From positions 413,354,001 to 413,418,000 of the forward strand of contig OZ024741.1 of assembly GCA_964016885.1 (NCBI GenBank): a stretch of DNA of 64,000 nt, given 5' to 3'. Every line of letters starts with the position of its first letter. Position 1 is the stretch's first letter. Below are positions 63,846-64,000 of the stretch, piece by piece. The notes under the pieces were generated by a model that was not told the origin of the DNA, did not search any database, and saw only the letters and a list, made by a program, of their open reading frames with translations. Source of the DNA: Eledone cirrhosa. Lineage: Eukaryota. The position numbers and the translations under genes are program-made.

Positions 63846-64000
63846 CATTTTACATGGAACAAGCGCTAGAGTGCTTGCCTTGTCCTCAACAAAACTAAGA
63901 GTCTCTCTACCTCACAAAAGTGTCGTCTCTCGTTAGTTGGTGGAACTAATTAACAAAGAGATATCATAGAGATTCTTTTGTTAGTGGTAGAACTAATTAA

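Overview
This is eukaryotic, repeat-dominated DNA with no confidently identifiable host gene. The CORE-SINEs, RTE LINEs with (GAT)n tails and dense CA/TA/CAT microsatellites resemble a cephalopod (octopus-like) genome, which is an inference. Bases 1-22,300 are a nest of mobile elements. They include three tRNA-derived CORE-SINEs, RTE LINE fragments of two families, a solo LTR with a 5-bp TSD and a non-autonomous Helitron. They also include two head-to-tail, full-length L1/Tx1-clade non-LTR retrotransposons (one near-intact, one decayed), both inserted in a (CTAT)n microsatellite. The two Tx1 copies share covarying 5'- and 3'-UTR RNA stems and an intron-like 67-nt GT-AG segment. Bases ~22,317-61,399 are a single ~39-kb tandem array of a 63-bp monomer (~620 copies) with nested multi-kb higher-order duplications. 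It is followed by a 77-bp unique spacer, a 41-bp minisatellite, a (GTT)n tract and RTE-3'UTR-derived repeats. Most ORFs in the supplied track are translations of simple or satellite repeats.
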